Source of the DNA: Octopus vulgaris
Taxonomy: Eukaryota
Reading direction: 5' to 3'
DNA length: 64,000 nt
Assembly (NCBI GenBank): GCA_951406725.2
Contig: OX597825.1
Span: forward strand, 51,274,001-51,338,000
The position numbers were made by a program, and so were the translations under genes. This document shows positions 1-12,298 of this stretch, piece by piece. The number at the start of each line of letters is the position of its first letter. Within the stretch, counting starts at the first letter, position 1. The notes under the pieces were generated by a model. It did no database searches and was not told the origin of the DNA. It was given only the letters and a program-made list of their open reading frames with translations.

Positions 1-2190
1 AACAGACTACAAGTTTTCTCTCACCAATTACCAGATTTAATAAAATATATAAAAGAATATGGGAAGACTACAAATCATTCAAACTGTTTTAGAGCGTCAA
101 CTATGAAAAGTATTCCTGCTTTTACTCAGTGTTTGATGCGCGGTATTATAATATATATGTTTATGGAATATTAGATCGTATTGTTGGCATTGAAAGTTCA
201 TATGAACAGTAATTGCAGTTTTGCAGAAGCTGTAACAAAAGCAAGTTTTAATCATATTTTCATTAGAACCAGAAAGGTACAGTGGCATAAGCCTGAATCA
301 GACTAGTGAAGCCTGAATGGCTAATGTCCAACTTGAACGTCTCCAGTTTGATATCTGTAAAGAAATTTGAACAATGCGAAAGTACCAGATGCTTAAGATT
401 CTGGAAAGTAAAAGTAAACGAAATATTTCAGGCGAAGTTTATTTTATGGAAATAAAACATGGCGTACAAGGTATTATATTTAAGAGGGATAGGAACGATT
501 TAAGTAAATGTGAAAGTGGGAGGGAAAAGAAAAAGAGACACGGATAACAGAGATGAATACGGAAAAGTGGTCAGTGAGTACTTGTACTGGATTCCTGAGT
601 TGTCCCATAAATCCATCTCATGATTTCGTTTTGCCATCAAGCATGTGTGTAGTCAATTACTGATCCAAAATAAAAAGACATTAATATAATAGTAATGCAT
701 ATTATTGGACCCGAAACTTTTCCTATTCATGTAATTCAAATTGAGACATTTTACTTAGTATCGGCTCTGTTGTTCACTAAAACTTTGATTCGACACATGT
801 TTTGGGATGCGAAGTTACTGCTGGGATTAATTCAGAACATGAAAATGAGTACATTTTCTCGATTAATTTCAAGATATAATTCAAAAGTTAAAGATTATAA
901 ATTTAAGCGTGGAACATATTGCTGGAAAGCCAGAGTTTTTCTAGTGAACCGATAAAACTTGCAGAATGTGCTAGTATATTGAAAGTAACATTTTGACTAC
1001 AAGTGTGATACCTCTGTGTTATACATCAACTGTGTTATACATCAAGCCGTTCTTTGAATGATTTTACATACGGCTTTGCACAATCAGCTATAACTTTCAT
1101 GTAGTATATATTAAACTGTTACGTCAGTTACTTATATACACTTTCAGCTATTATATTAATGTAGACACTCACTTTTTGTTTGATGTGTGATACATGCCGT
1201 TAAAAAACAAGCTGCGCATTGCTACATCAAATTTAAGCAATTTCTACTATTCAGTAGTACAAAAAAAAAAAACAGAAAAAAAAACCCCCAGAATTCTTTG
1301 GAAAAATTTCGAAGTCTGTATTCCTTTACGTTTTACATCCATGCATCTTTTAGGATTTCTGCTGCCATATTATTTAAGAGTTACTTAATTAACTTAGAAA
1401 TTATTCTCCGAAAATTATATTATTTGCAAAACACATTTCATTGCAAATAATTGATAATTCAGTATTATTTCTGAGATGACAAGGAATTCTATTCTTATAG
1501 AATTAACTGATTAATACATAATCACGACTTGCTATTCGCCCATTCTAGATTTGTTTCTTATTGCTTAACAACTCAAGTGTCATTCACACAATTAAATCAA
1601 TTCGTTGTCACACCATTGGGAATATATTTATCAAGATTTATTAGTTATTAAATATATTGAAACTAATTGAACAGAAGTCTTGCACAAACGATTACCGTAT
1701 CAGCTTTATTATTTTTGTTTTTGTTTTATCTTACGTAAGAAATTAAGGTCTTATCTAACAAACATATCAATTTTCTGTTCTTTAATCTGTATAAGTGCAT
1801 TATTTTTCTAACTCTTCCACGTATTTGCTTGCAATTTTTTACTTTATGGCTATACGGTACTACATTTATACCATATATAAATACAATAATTTTTGGCACA
1901 CTTAGACAACATTACATCAACATGTATATGTGAGAGATAGACTGAATGTCAGGCTCAACTTTAAGTCACTTCCTGATCCAGTTGTAAAGATTCGAATCAG
2001 GCTTCACGCTTTTGGGACACCTTGTACTTTCCTTCCCATCAACCAGGAAGGTCCTGTAAATGATTATGAGCACATCCATTCCTCTTGAATGTGTAATAAT
2101 ACTAACAATAATATGTATATGTGTAGTGTACAGCATTATGTGTGCACGGATGTATATATATAAATATATACATTTATATATAAGTATATT

Positions 2191-2247
<57 letters not shown>

Positions 2248-2399
2248 GTTTGTGCGTGTGTGTCTGTGCGTCGCGCACGTGTTTATCTGTGATTGTGTCT
2301 GTAAATATATATGTATCAGATTGATTCAGGTATTTAAATATGAAAAGCACCAAGGTACAGTCGATGATAGCACACCGTTATACAGCCCGTCAGTGTTAT

Positions 2400-2400
2400 G

Positions 2401-2460
<60 letters not shown>
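2400..2460. repeat. (TA)n microsatellite
   Basis: Directly visible. Confidence 0.95.
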
Positions 2461-2466
<6 letters not shown>

Positions 2467-2754
2467 CGCATGTGCCTCTGTTGATGTGCGCTTCCCATAA
2501 TAACAGGAATCTTACTGAAGAGCCTACCTGAGTAAATAAATATTATTTTTATTGCTGAAATAGGCGAAACTGCAGTCTAAGAAGAACTAAGTTTGTAAAA
2601 GTTTTTAATTTTCATCTCATTAAATTTATCCAGCTTTTGTGTATCTAGTACACACTTCGCCTTTTAATGTACTTATATATGAATAATATATGGCGTGTCC
2701 TAGAACACCGGCGATAATAATTAATTTTATTGTATCGCATTTGACTTTGTTTAC

Positions 2755-2755
<1 letters not shown>
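2461..2755 (+). mobile_element. Short non-coding hammerhead-bearing element (solo PLE pseudo-LTR or retrozyme-like) between two (TA)n tracts
   Basis: About 295 bp of complex sequence bounded by (TA)n at 2400-2460 and 2756-2835; contains the hammerhead; no credible ORF. Confidence 0.55.
2510..2582 (+). ncRNA. Type I hammerhead ribozyme with intact catalytic core
   Basis: tctta-CTGAAGA-gccta...(AU-rich extension)...taggc-GAAA-ctgcag-TC^taaga. Stem I tctta/taaga, stem II gccta/taggc, palindromic stem III (ACTGCAGT), GUC triplet with predicted cut after 2577. Confidence 0.85.

Positions 2756-2835
<80 letters not shown>
2756..2835. repeat. (TA)n microsatellite
   Basis: Directly visible. Confidence 0.95.
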
Positions 2836-2847
<12 letters not shown>

Positions 2848-2869
2848 CATATACATATACATATATACT

Positions 2870-3083
2870 GTTTTACGTGTTTCAGTAATTTGACGGCGGC
2901 CATGCTGGTGCACCACATTTAGTCGAGTAAATCGACGGAGGTTTTATTATTTGTAAGCCTAGTACTTATTCTATCGGTCTCTTTTGCCGAACCACTAAAC
3001 GATGGGGAAAGAAACACACCAACATCGGTTATCAAGCGATGTTGGGCGGACAGTGACACAAACATATACACACATATATAATG

Positions 3084-3136
<53 letters not shown>

Positions 3137-3250
3137 GCCTAGCTTTTGTCAGTTTCCATTTACCAAATCCACTCACAAGGCTTTGGTCAGCCCGAGGCTA
3201 TAGTAGAGGACACTTTCCCAAGGTGGCAAGCAATCGGACTTAACCCGGAA
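2870..3250 (-). mobile_element. tRNA-derived SINE (family A), 5' truncated
   Basis: Aligns by eye with the copy at 11320-11724 (agtacttattctatcggtctc, accaaatccactcacaagg), including the internal CA/TA tract. Confidence 0.85.
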
Positions 3251-3283
3251 GATATGTATATGCATATGTATGTGTGCGTGTGT

Positions 3284-3314
<31 letters not shown>

Positions 3315-3544
3315 GTATATACATATAGATAAATACATACACACACTCATATATACACTCACAAAGACTTATAGACATAATTTCATTCTCGATAATACTG
3401 TCGTATTAGTGATATCTATGTTCTCTTTTATGGTATCTTTTTTAAGAGATCGGACTCTGCTGATTAGACTGATCTTTCAGTCAGTTCGGGCCAGTATATT
3501 TCTACCAAATGATAAAGTTCTTCTAAGCATCTTATCATTTATCT

Positions 3545-3890
3545 TTTACTTGTTTCAGTCATTAGACTACAGTCCTGATGAATTTTAGTCTAACACATCG
3601 ACATCAGTTCTTATTTTTGTTTGTTAAACCTGGCGCGTATCCTATCGCAATATTTTGTCTTACTGCTGACTTACAGGGACGTAGACACACAAACAGGGGT
3701 TGTCAAGCGGGGGTATAGGACAAGCACAGACGCAAAGACATGCACACACACTCATATAAATACGACGGTCTACGTTTAGTTTCTCTCTGCCAAGTCCACC
3801 AAGAAAACTTTCGTCGGCACCTACTTGAACTGTCATGCAGTAGGAGTGGATCCTGTTCCATGTGGTTGGCATGCAAATTTCTTACCGCAC
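3545..3890 (-). mobile_element. Diverged SINE family A copy
   Basis: tttacttgtttcagtcatt...ggttgtcaagcg...ccatgtggttgg...cttacc, collinear with 11320-11724. Confidence 0.7.
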
Positions 3891-4853
3891 GTTTACCCAT
3901 GCTCATCTATGTACAAGTTGTTGTGTTGTTGAGTATTTTGCTCTGCAGGTTTTGTTGCGTTTCTCAGCGATGTAGACGTTATTGCTAGCAATATAAAAAT
4001 TTGTTATTGTATATATATATATTGTCAATGTTATTGTAGTCAATGGAATTAAATCTCTGTATAGCATATTTCTTATTTGTTATTTATCAAGTATTTGTTC
4101 GGTAAGATAATAAAGGATAAATTCTCTTCAACTGAGAATAAACAATTACAACCTGCTTTACAATTTACAATCTATATAAAAACAAAAAAGAAAATCAGGC
4201 ACGAATTCAAAACAGAGGTATTTAAAGACATATACATAATTGGACACATAAACACAACTATCTATACCATGAAAATTAATTCTTAATAATTATCAATGAT
4301 AAACATTAACTAACAAAACGTGACAATTCACAGCATGGAGTCAGGCACTTCTTTATTTCGAAGAGATTGACTGACTGAAATTTAACTGGAGTGACTTGCA
4401 AAACTGCTTAATACATCTCTTCGACAACAGAACTAAAACAAAACGCGGACGTTTATAATATAAAATAGAAAATCATTAAGAGTTTGAAATTATATGTAAA
4501 CGGTAACTAAAGAAGTCACTCTTTACGAAGGAAAACATACACGATTCTTAGAAATCTTCGGAATTCCTTTCGCCACCTCAATATATAATTCGAAATATTT
4601 AACCATTTTTGAAAATGCTGCAATATTTATTACCATCAAGTTAAATTCCATCTCCATACCATTCATATATTTAGTTATTTTTTGTCTGAAATATGTTAGT
4701 ACAGAATACATATATTCATTAAATATTAACGCTATTTTTGTGCGTCCTTAAGAATATATAAGTTATCAACAAACAGCATAGCATTCAATAAATTCCCTGA
4801 TGTCCTCATTCACGTTATGCTCTCATTTCATCACATTTGATGTCATATGTATG

Positions 4854-4855
<2 letters not shown>

Positions 4856-4929
<74 letters not shown>
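4856..4929. repeat. (TA)n microsatellite
   Basis: Directly visible. Confidence 0.95.
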
Positions 4930-4930
<1 letters not shown>

Positions 4931-4959
4931 GCACATACACACATATATATCTGTATATA

Positions 4960-6228
4960 TAGGGGTTGGACAAAATAATGGAAACACCTTAAAATTTCAA
5001 ACAAATTTATTTCGATATGGGGTAGGATCGTGTTTGTCAGTAATTACAGCTTGAGTTCTACGCGGTATGGACTTGTACAAAGTTGGAATTGTTTCCAAAG
5101 GAATTTTTGTCCATTCATCAGCTAAAACAGCCTCCAGTTCTTGTAGTGATGATGGTGGAAGATATCGACTCCTTACTTGTTTTTCTAAAATGCACCACAA
5201 ATGTTCAGTAATATTGAGATCTATGGACTGTGTTGGTCAGATAAGCTGTTCAACTTCGCTAGAATGTTCCCCATGTCATTCAGTAACAACTTTAGCTGTG
5301 TGAGTTGGTGGATTATCATCCTGAAAGATTGCGTTTCCCTCCGGAAACAGTTCCGCAATCATAGCATGAATTTGATCAAATATAATACTTAAATCGTCTT
5401 GATTATTAATTCTGCCATGAAGGGAAACCTTTGGGCTGGCGAATTTCCAAGATATAGCCTCCCAGATCATCACAGATCTTCCTCCGTATTTAACAGTTGG
5501 AAGAAAGCAATCTGGTTCAAATGCTTCTTTTGGCTGTTTCCAAACGTATACTCGGCCGTTGGTCGGAAATAAAGTAAAGGATGAGAAAATAACATTTTCC
5601 CACCTCTCTAGGGACCAATTCTCTAGGTTTTTACTCCAAACTCTATGTGCATTGCAACGTTTGTTTTTGAAAGTAGTGGTTTTCTGACTGCAGCCCTCCC
5701 ATAAAATCCGGTTTGTGCAGCTCCCGGCGAACTGCTTTTGTAGAAATTGGGTTCTCGAGGTGGTCATTAAGCTCTGTAGTAATTTTGGGAGCTGTACTAT
5801 TCTGATCCTTTCTAACAATTCGCGTAAGAGTTCGACAGTCCCTATCTGAATGTTTTTGATTTCTTCCAGATTTTTGTTTTGACGAGGAGGTTTTTTCCCT
5901 CTTTCTCAAAGGCTGTCAATACTTTCGAAACAGTACTTCTTGATACACCAAACATTTCGTCTGTTTTTGTTACGCTAGCGCCTGCCATACGAGCACCAAC
6001 AATTTGACCTCTTTGAAAGACCGATAGATCTATCATTTTAATGAATTTTAATTACCTTTTCCTGGTGATATCTGAAAAGAGACAAAAACTTTAGCAAAAT
6101 ATAATGAGCAACACTAATAATACATTTTAAAAAAACATAAGAATAAACAACCTTTTGACGATTTTTTAGATGTTACAAAATTACGATGCTATGATGCTAG
6201 GTGTTTCCATTATTTTGTCCAACCCCTG
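4960..6228 (-). mobile_element. Full-length decayed Tc1-family DNA transposon
   Basis: About 30-bp TIRs (aggggttggacaaaataatggaaacacct at 4961-4989; inverse at 6199-6228), TA on both flanks, transposase fragments inside. Confidence 0.93.
4997..6036 (-). pseudogene. Tc1 DD34E-type transposase pseudogene
   Basis: ORF pieces 5842-6036 (MIDLSVFQRGQIVGARMAG, HTH), 5643-5909, 5276-5818 (PTVKYGGRSVMIW, FQDDNPPTH) and 4997-5200, broken by frameshifts and stops. Confidence 0.9.
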
Positions 6229-6768
6229 TATATATATGCATATATATGTATGTATATATATATAAATATGTATGTTTGTGTGTGTGTGTGTGTGTGTGTG
6301 TCTGTGTGTGCGTGCGTGCGTATTTGAGCGCAAGTGTATGTGTGTATTCCAGGTAGAATAGATTTTCCCGAAATATACCTGGTATAACTAAGTCATGTAT
6401 TTTGAGTAATGAAAAAGCCCAGGTATGAAGTTTTTATTTTACTTGTCTCACTCTCTCGTTCTTCGGCAATTGTTTCTTGGGTTGCTCCTTGAATATTTTT
6501 TTTTATCTGTCGTTCATCTTTGCTCGATTGGGAATATTTTTGTTATAATTCTCTTTTTATTACTCATACTACTTTATTACTTCGTTTCTTCTGTTCTGCA
6601 CTTAGAGTTACTGTTTAATTAATTACTCACTATTTGTTTCAATTTTCTCCGTCTTTTTCTCGTTTTCGAACACCTCTATGCACATACAACTCATATTGCT
6701 TTGACTTTCTCTTTCGCTCTTTCTATCTTTCTAAATTTCCCTGTGTCTCTACACAAATATAAACACAG

Positions 6769-6910
<142 letters not shown>

Positions 6911-8340
6911 ATATATATATATATATACATGTTAATGCATAAGTATATGCATATATATATATATGTGTGTATACATATGTATGTATATGTATATATATAG
7001 ACATATAAATATGTAGAAAATATATATATACACATATATATATATACATATATATATATATCAACAAATATATACATATACATTTATCTATATGTATATA
7101 TATGTATGTATGTATATATATATATATATATGTATGTATATGTATATATATGAACTCATACTGAGTATATATATGTGCACATATATACATTAATTTAGAT
7201 AGCATCTGTGAAGAACAATTATAGTATTAATGCCTGCGGTCATATTTCCCGTCTTTAATTGCCATTTGGAAAACGGTAATCTTGACTTCCCTGGAGATTA
7301 TTTCAGCGAAAGTCTCTTGAGAATTGCTCACCGTATTTTCCCTCTTTTTCCTCTCACCCTAGTGCAATTCTGAATAATAATGACTCTTTTTACACAACAA
7401 TCTTGCTCTCACTGACCTACACCTGACTTTGATTGGCAGCAGTTCTTTCTACACCTTGACCCTCCCGACAAACACAAAACAGTTACTGAAAACACACTCA
7501 CATATCGTCCGTCAGAAACATGCACACACACACAAATACGTATAATTAATACACCACAAACCATGGATATATGCGCGTGTGTCACTGTGTAAGTGTATAT
7601 GTATACATGTGTTTATACAGATATATAAACACACCCATTTACTCGCAGATACATACACATGCACACGCTCAGATATAGATGTATATAGATATTATATATG
7701 TACTATAAACACGTATAACTGCATAATAAATCGCCACCACAGATTAACACGCAAACACAAGCACAGACGTCACATTCACAGATTAAGTCACACATGAAGT
7801 CCCACACTCGGAAACATACACAGAAACATACACTTGCATACACACACAGGCATATATATATTACAGAAACACAAGTAAACATCATATCTTCCTATCACAA
7901 CTTTTCACAGATGCACACATACGTTCGACATACATTTACATATTGTCAGTACATACACAGCGTCCAAACACAGATACAAAATTAAAAATATAAAGAAATC
8001 GAACATAAGTCCGTAGATCTGAATGAAAATCCTTCTTGTCACTGACAGCCAATCAATAGATTTGGAAAGGATTTTACTTACCAACCAATCAATATGCTTG
8101 TATTTAAACAATGTTTCCCGAAAACTGTCATTGTATCATGTTCTAGTTGTTGTTGTTGTTGTGATTGTTGCTGTTGTTAAATCAACTGTATTGTGTACGG
8201 CCATGACGATAATTCTTAAAAATTATTTATTTATTTAGACGTTCATTTTCATATGTAAGAGAAGTATTTTCTTATATAGCTATAACAGCTTCCTTGCGAA
8301 ATACTGAATATTTCACCATAGTATTACATTTTAATACCGA

Positions 8341-8341
8341 A

Positions 8342-8404
<63 letters not shown>

Positions 8405-8439
8405 ATTGTTGTTGTTGTTTTTGTTGTTGTTGTTGTTGC

Positions 8440-8500
<61 letters not shown>

Positions 8501-8592
8501 GTTGTTATTGGTGTTGTTGTTGTTTTTGTTGGTGTTGTTGTTGGTGGTGGTGGTGTTGTTGTTGTTGACAATGATGTTGTTATTATTATTAC
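8341..8592. repeat. Compound (ATT)n/(GTT)n microsatellite
   Basis: Directly visible. Confidence 0.95.
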
Positions 8593-9160
8593 TATAATTT
8601 TTTTTTCTTTTAGTCCGCATGTTTGTTACAGTCACTTGCCGAGACACAACCAGTATCCTGGTGCGAGTGAAAGATAAGAGATTTTACAATATGACTGACA
8701 TCTTGGAGAGGGGAAGTAGCGAGATATCATCATGTAATGGAACATGCATTTAAATGGATAGGGTTTTTCTAAGGCTGTGGCTAGTACTTCTCAGTACAAC
8801 CTTTCGGATTTCTCTGAGACATGGTTCACCTGGGATCTTACCTAGATGTTTATGAGATCTATTTTTTATCATAAATAGGGTACCCCCAATAACGAACAGT
8901 TCTCGTTTTAAGATGCCACATCTTCTGTATTTCAGTTTCCAGGTCCTTATATTTATTTAATTTGTCAAATTCTTTGACAGATATATTTTTATCAGTGGGA
9001 ACACTTACATCTATTAGTATACAAGTATTTTCTTCCTTGTCTTTAAAAAGTGTGTCTGGTCGATTAGCCTGGATTGTTCTGTCAGTGTTGACTGGAAAAT
9101 CCCATAGGATAGTGACATTTTTACCTTTAGCGACTGGCTCAGGATGATGTTCATACTAGT
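8593..9160 (-). mobile_element. 3' fragment of R4/Dong-like non-LTR retrotransposon (restriction-like endonuclease domain)
   Basis: Minus-strand translation NVTILWDFPVNTDRTIQANRPD...CILIDVSVP...EFDKLNKYKDL (PD..D RLE motif); 3' end runs into (AAT)n. Confidence 0.8.
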
Positions 9161-9396
9161 AAGATGGAGTGCTAATTTCTAGTGTTTACCTATTTTCCAA
9201 TGTAAATGCTGTCCTCCCCTACCGTGGCGATTTTTTTATTTTTATATTCGTTTGGTGTCAGCACATGACATCCCGAGACGAGATGGCCTCTTATCTCGTC
9301 ATATATGCCGCAGAATCTGCTTTTAGAGGCAGAACCAATTTCACGAAAGTTAGCCTGGTAGTTATTGTGAACAAGCTTTCATTATTACTATTATTA

Positions 9397-11030
9397 CTAG
9401 CAAAACTACCCATCTATGATGAAGGCATAAAATGAGGGAGGGAAATCATAGCAACAGTGTGTATTGGAAAATGTGCAAATGGATTTCAATATCAATATGA
9501 TTACAAAACTTCTTTGTAGACGATATTTTGTGTGTGGGCGACACTAATTTTCAAATTACTGAAGTCCGTTGCTCTACACATAACGACGTATAACTGACCG
9601 TGTGTAAACATTACAGTGTGGTAAAAATACACCTACACGATCTAATATCTGGTCCTGTGCCTTTTTTGATGTGAATGAGAATGCCAATTTTCTAGGAAAT
9701 TGCTAGCATCTTAATTGGAACGGAAGCTGGTTATTGGTTGGTATAAGGGGTATCTACGGAATGAACAAGTGTTTACAATTGTTGGGGGGCCAGTTGCAAT
9801 CACTGCTTCGATAACATTGGAATTTAGTTCTGCTAAGTGTATGTTGTTCCATTGGATGGACCAGAATTCTTATGGAGCACTATCGGATAGTTCATTTTCA
9901 ATTTGATTATATGGGGTGGCAGTCCCAATGGATTTAAGTTGTTCAAGAAATCCTGTGTGTACTGGTGGTAGTATTCGTCATGTGTTATATCCGAATTAAA
10001 GTACTCTCGACTTTTCCCAGGGAAGTTGCTAATCATGTGCTCATTCACACTGTTTACCACTTCCTTGGTTGAGGCGATGAGAGCTCGGGAACACAGCCGT
10101 GATGCAATTTTGTAGTTTTCACTTAAATCATCAAAGACGAATTTGCATATTTCGGAAATAGATGATGTTTCGAGTAAAAAATTTAGCCTAATTCGAATCA
10201 CATTTCTCAGTGGATCAGAGAGCAAACATTGTCCGGAAGCGATGTCGCTTATATAGTTTACGAAAGTTGCGTCGTAAGAATTTCGTACACTCATGTTTTT
10301 CTTTAGACTCAACTCCGTCTCAGACATCCAGATGTACAATGTATTCAAGGTGACGTGCACTATTTGGGCTCCACTACCACATTTAAGAACAAGTAGAATC
10401 TGCTTCCAGTCATCTACAAAAAGAAGGCATACTCCTCAAAACAGGGATTCGTTTGCTCTCATATCTCGAAGGCTGTTGTGTTTATGGGCACTCTGAAATG
10501 AGAATGAAATATCTAGCCATTGTGCAGCAATGTTGCCGCAATCACAGATAGAGCTGTGGCGAGTACAATTTTTCTCCAAACGTAGAAAATCTATGATGGC
10601 ATTGATAAGATATGTTTTGCTAATTTCATCAATCATGCTCAAGGTGAAACCTTGATTGTCTGTTGTTGTAAAACTGAGTATAAAACCATATCAAATCGTG
10701 CTTTTGGTCAGTATTTAGAGTATTGTAGACGTCAGTAGACACTATTCGAAGAACTCAATGTCATAGTTACATTCTTCTACGATAAACTTTGGCATTAGTT
10801 GACAGGTTTCGTTATATTCAGGTTGAGGCAGTTGGAAATCTCGAACTTTATTTAGAGCGGCAGCCTTCCTAGTAGTCCTACAAAATCCTGATTTCCGTTT
10901 CCAGGTCATAGCGGCCAGGAACGAAGGAAAATTTGATAAAGCAATTTTATGTATAAATCGCAATTGACAAAGTTCATAGTAGTCATACACAGATTATGAG
11001 CCAAAGCCATCACAATCATTCCTTAAACAC
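9397..11030 (-). mobile_element. Helitron remnant: PIF1-like helicase and 3' terminus
   Basis: Minus-strand motifs MIDEIS (Walker B), LNPLGLPPHIIKLK, FTHGQLYVVMCR, QNIVYKEVL* (stop at 9501-9503); CTAG followed by T at 9400-9396. 5' boundary approximate. Confidence 0.85.
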
Positions 11031-11319
11031 TTAATAGATCAATTATTTTGACATGGCGTTTCATTTCAGAACATAATTTTTTATTTCCTTTTTAAATTAT
11101 ATACACTGTGTTAATTACAAAAACAGCTTTTTTTTTATCTTGCTTCTTTTATTTTTTGTTATAAAAATTCAAATGTACTTTTACTCATTTGGATTTAAAC
11201 AAGTTAGCTCGGACATTGAAAAAATACATATAATTTAACCATCGTCGATTTTTTTATAACATATATTGCTTTTAAATCATAGGAAATTTAGAAAAAAATA
11301 TGAGATACTCTCTCTTTAC

Positions 11320-11724
11320 CCTTTACTCTTTTACTTGTTTCAGTCATTTGACTGCGGCCATGCTGGAGCACCGCCTTTAGTCGAGCAAATCGACCCCGGC
11401 ACTTATTCTTTGTAAGCGCAGTACTTATTCTATCGGTCTCTTTTTGCCGAACCGCTAAGTGACGGGTACGTAAACACACCAGCATCGTTTGTCAAGCAAT
11501 GCTAGGTGGACAAACACAGACACACAAACATATATACACACATACATATATATATACATATATACGACAGGCTTCTTTCAGTTTCCGTCTACCAAATCCA
11601 CTCACAAGGCATTGGTCGGCCCGACGCTGTAGCAGAAGGCATTTGCCTAAGATGCCATGCAGTGGGACTGAACCCGGAACCATGTGGTTGGTAAGCAAGC
11701 TACTTACCACACAGCCACTCCTGC
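11320..11724 (-). mobile_element. Full-length tRNA-derived SINE (family A)
   Basis: Minus strand begins cgcaggagTGGCTGTGTGG (A box)...GGGTTCAGTCCC (B box); internal microsatellite; AG-rich 3' tail; several copies in the window. Confidence 0.9.
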
Positions 11725-12298
11725 GATAGTTTATTTAGGATGAACATTTTTAGAACAAGGAGTTTACACACAAAGTTATCTTGCAGACATCACACATGCA
11801 TCTGTTTTCTCTTCGAATCTTCTTTCCTTTAGCGTCTCTCTTTTCTGCACATTTTGCATACGTGTCTAATTCATTCCCAGAGCTTTCCAGATCGTAGAAG
11901 AAAAATAACTTCCGTGATTGCTGAATATATTTAAATATTCATCAATTTTGAAAAAAGATGCGTAAATCATTCTCTTATTTGTATAAATAATAGAAAATCA
12001 AAACGAGACGGTTCTAAAAGGACATCAACCTCCTCCTGAATCTGAGTATGCACTGAACTAAAAGTTCAAAGCCCAGAAGCATAAATTCTTTGAAATGGTG
12101 CCGGAATGTGCTGCCAGGCGTACGACAATGAGAGTAAATTCGTGATTGCTCAAAAATGAAACGACACAAAACAAATAAATACGTTTGAGTGCTAAAATTA
12201 AAAGTTAATTTTGACCGAGTATACTCGTCTGGTTCTAAAAAGATACATTTGCGATGCACGAGTAACTTTTAGGGTAACTCTTATACTAGCTCCTAGGC

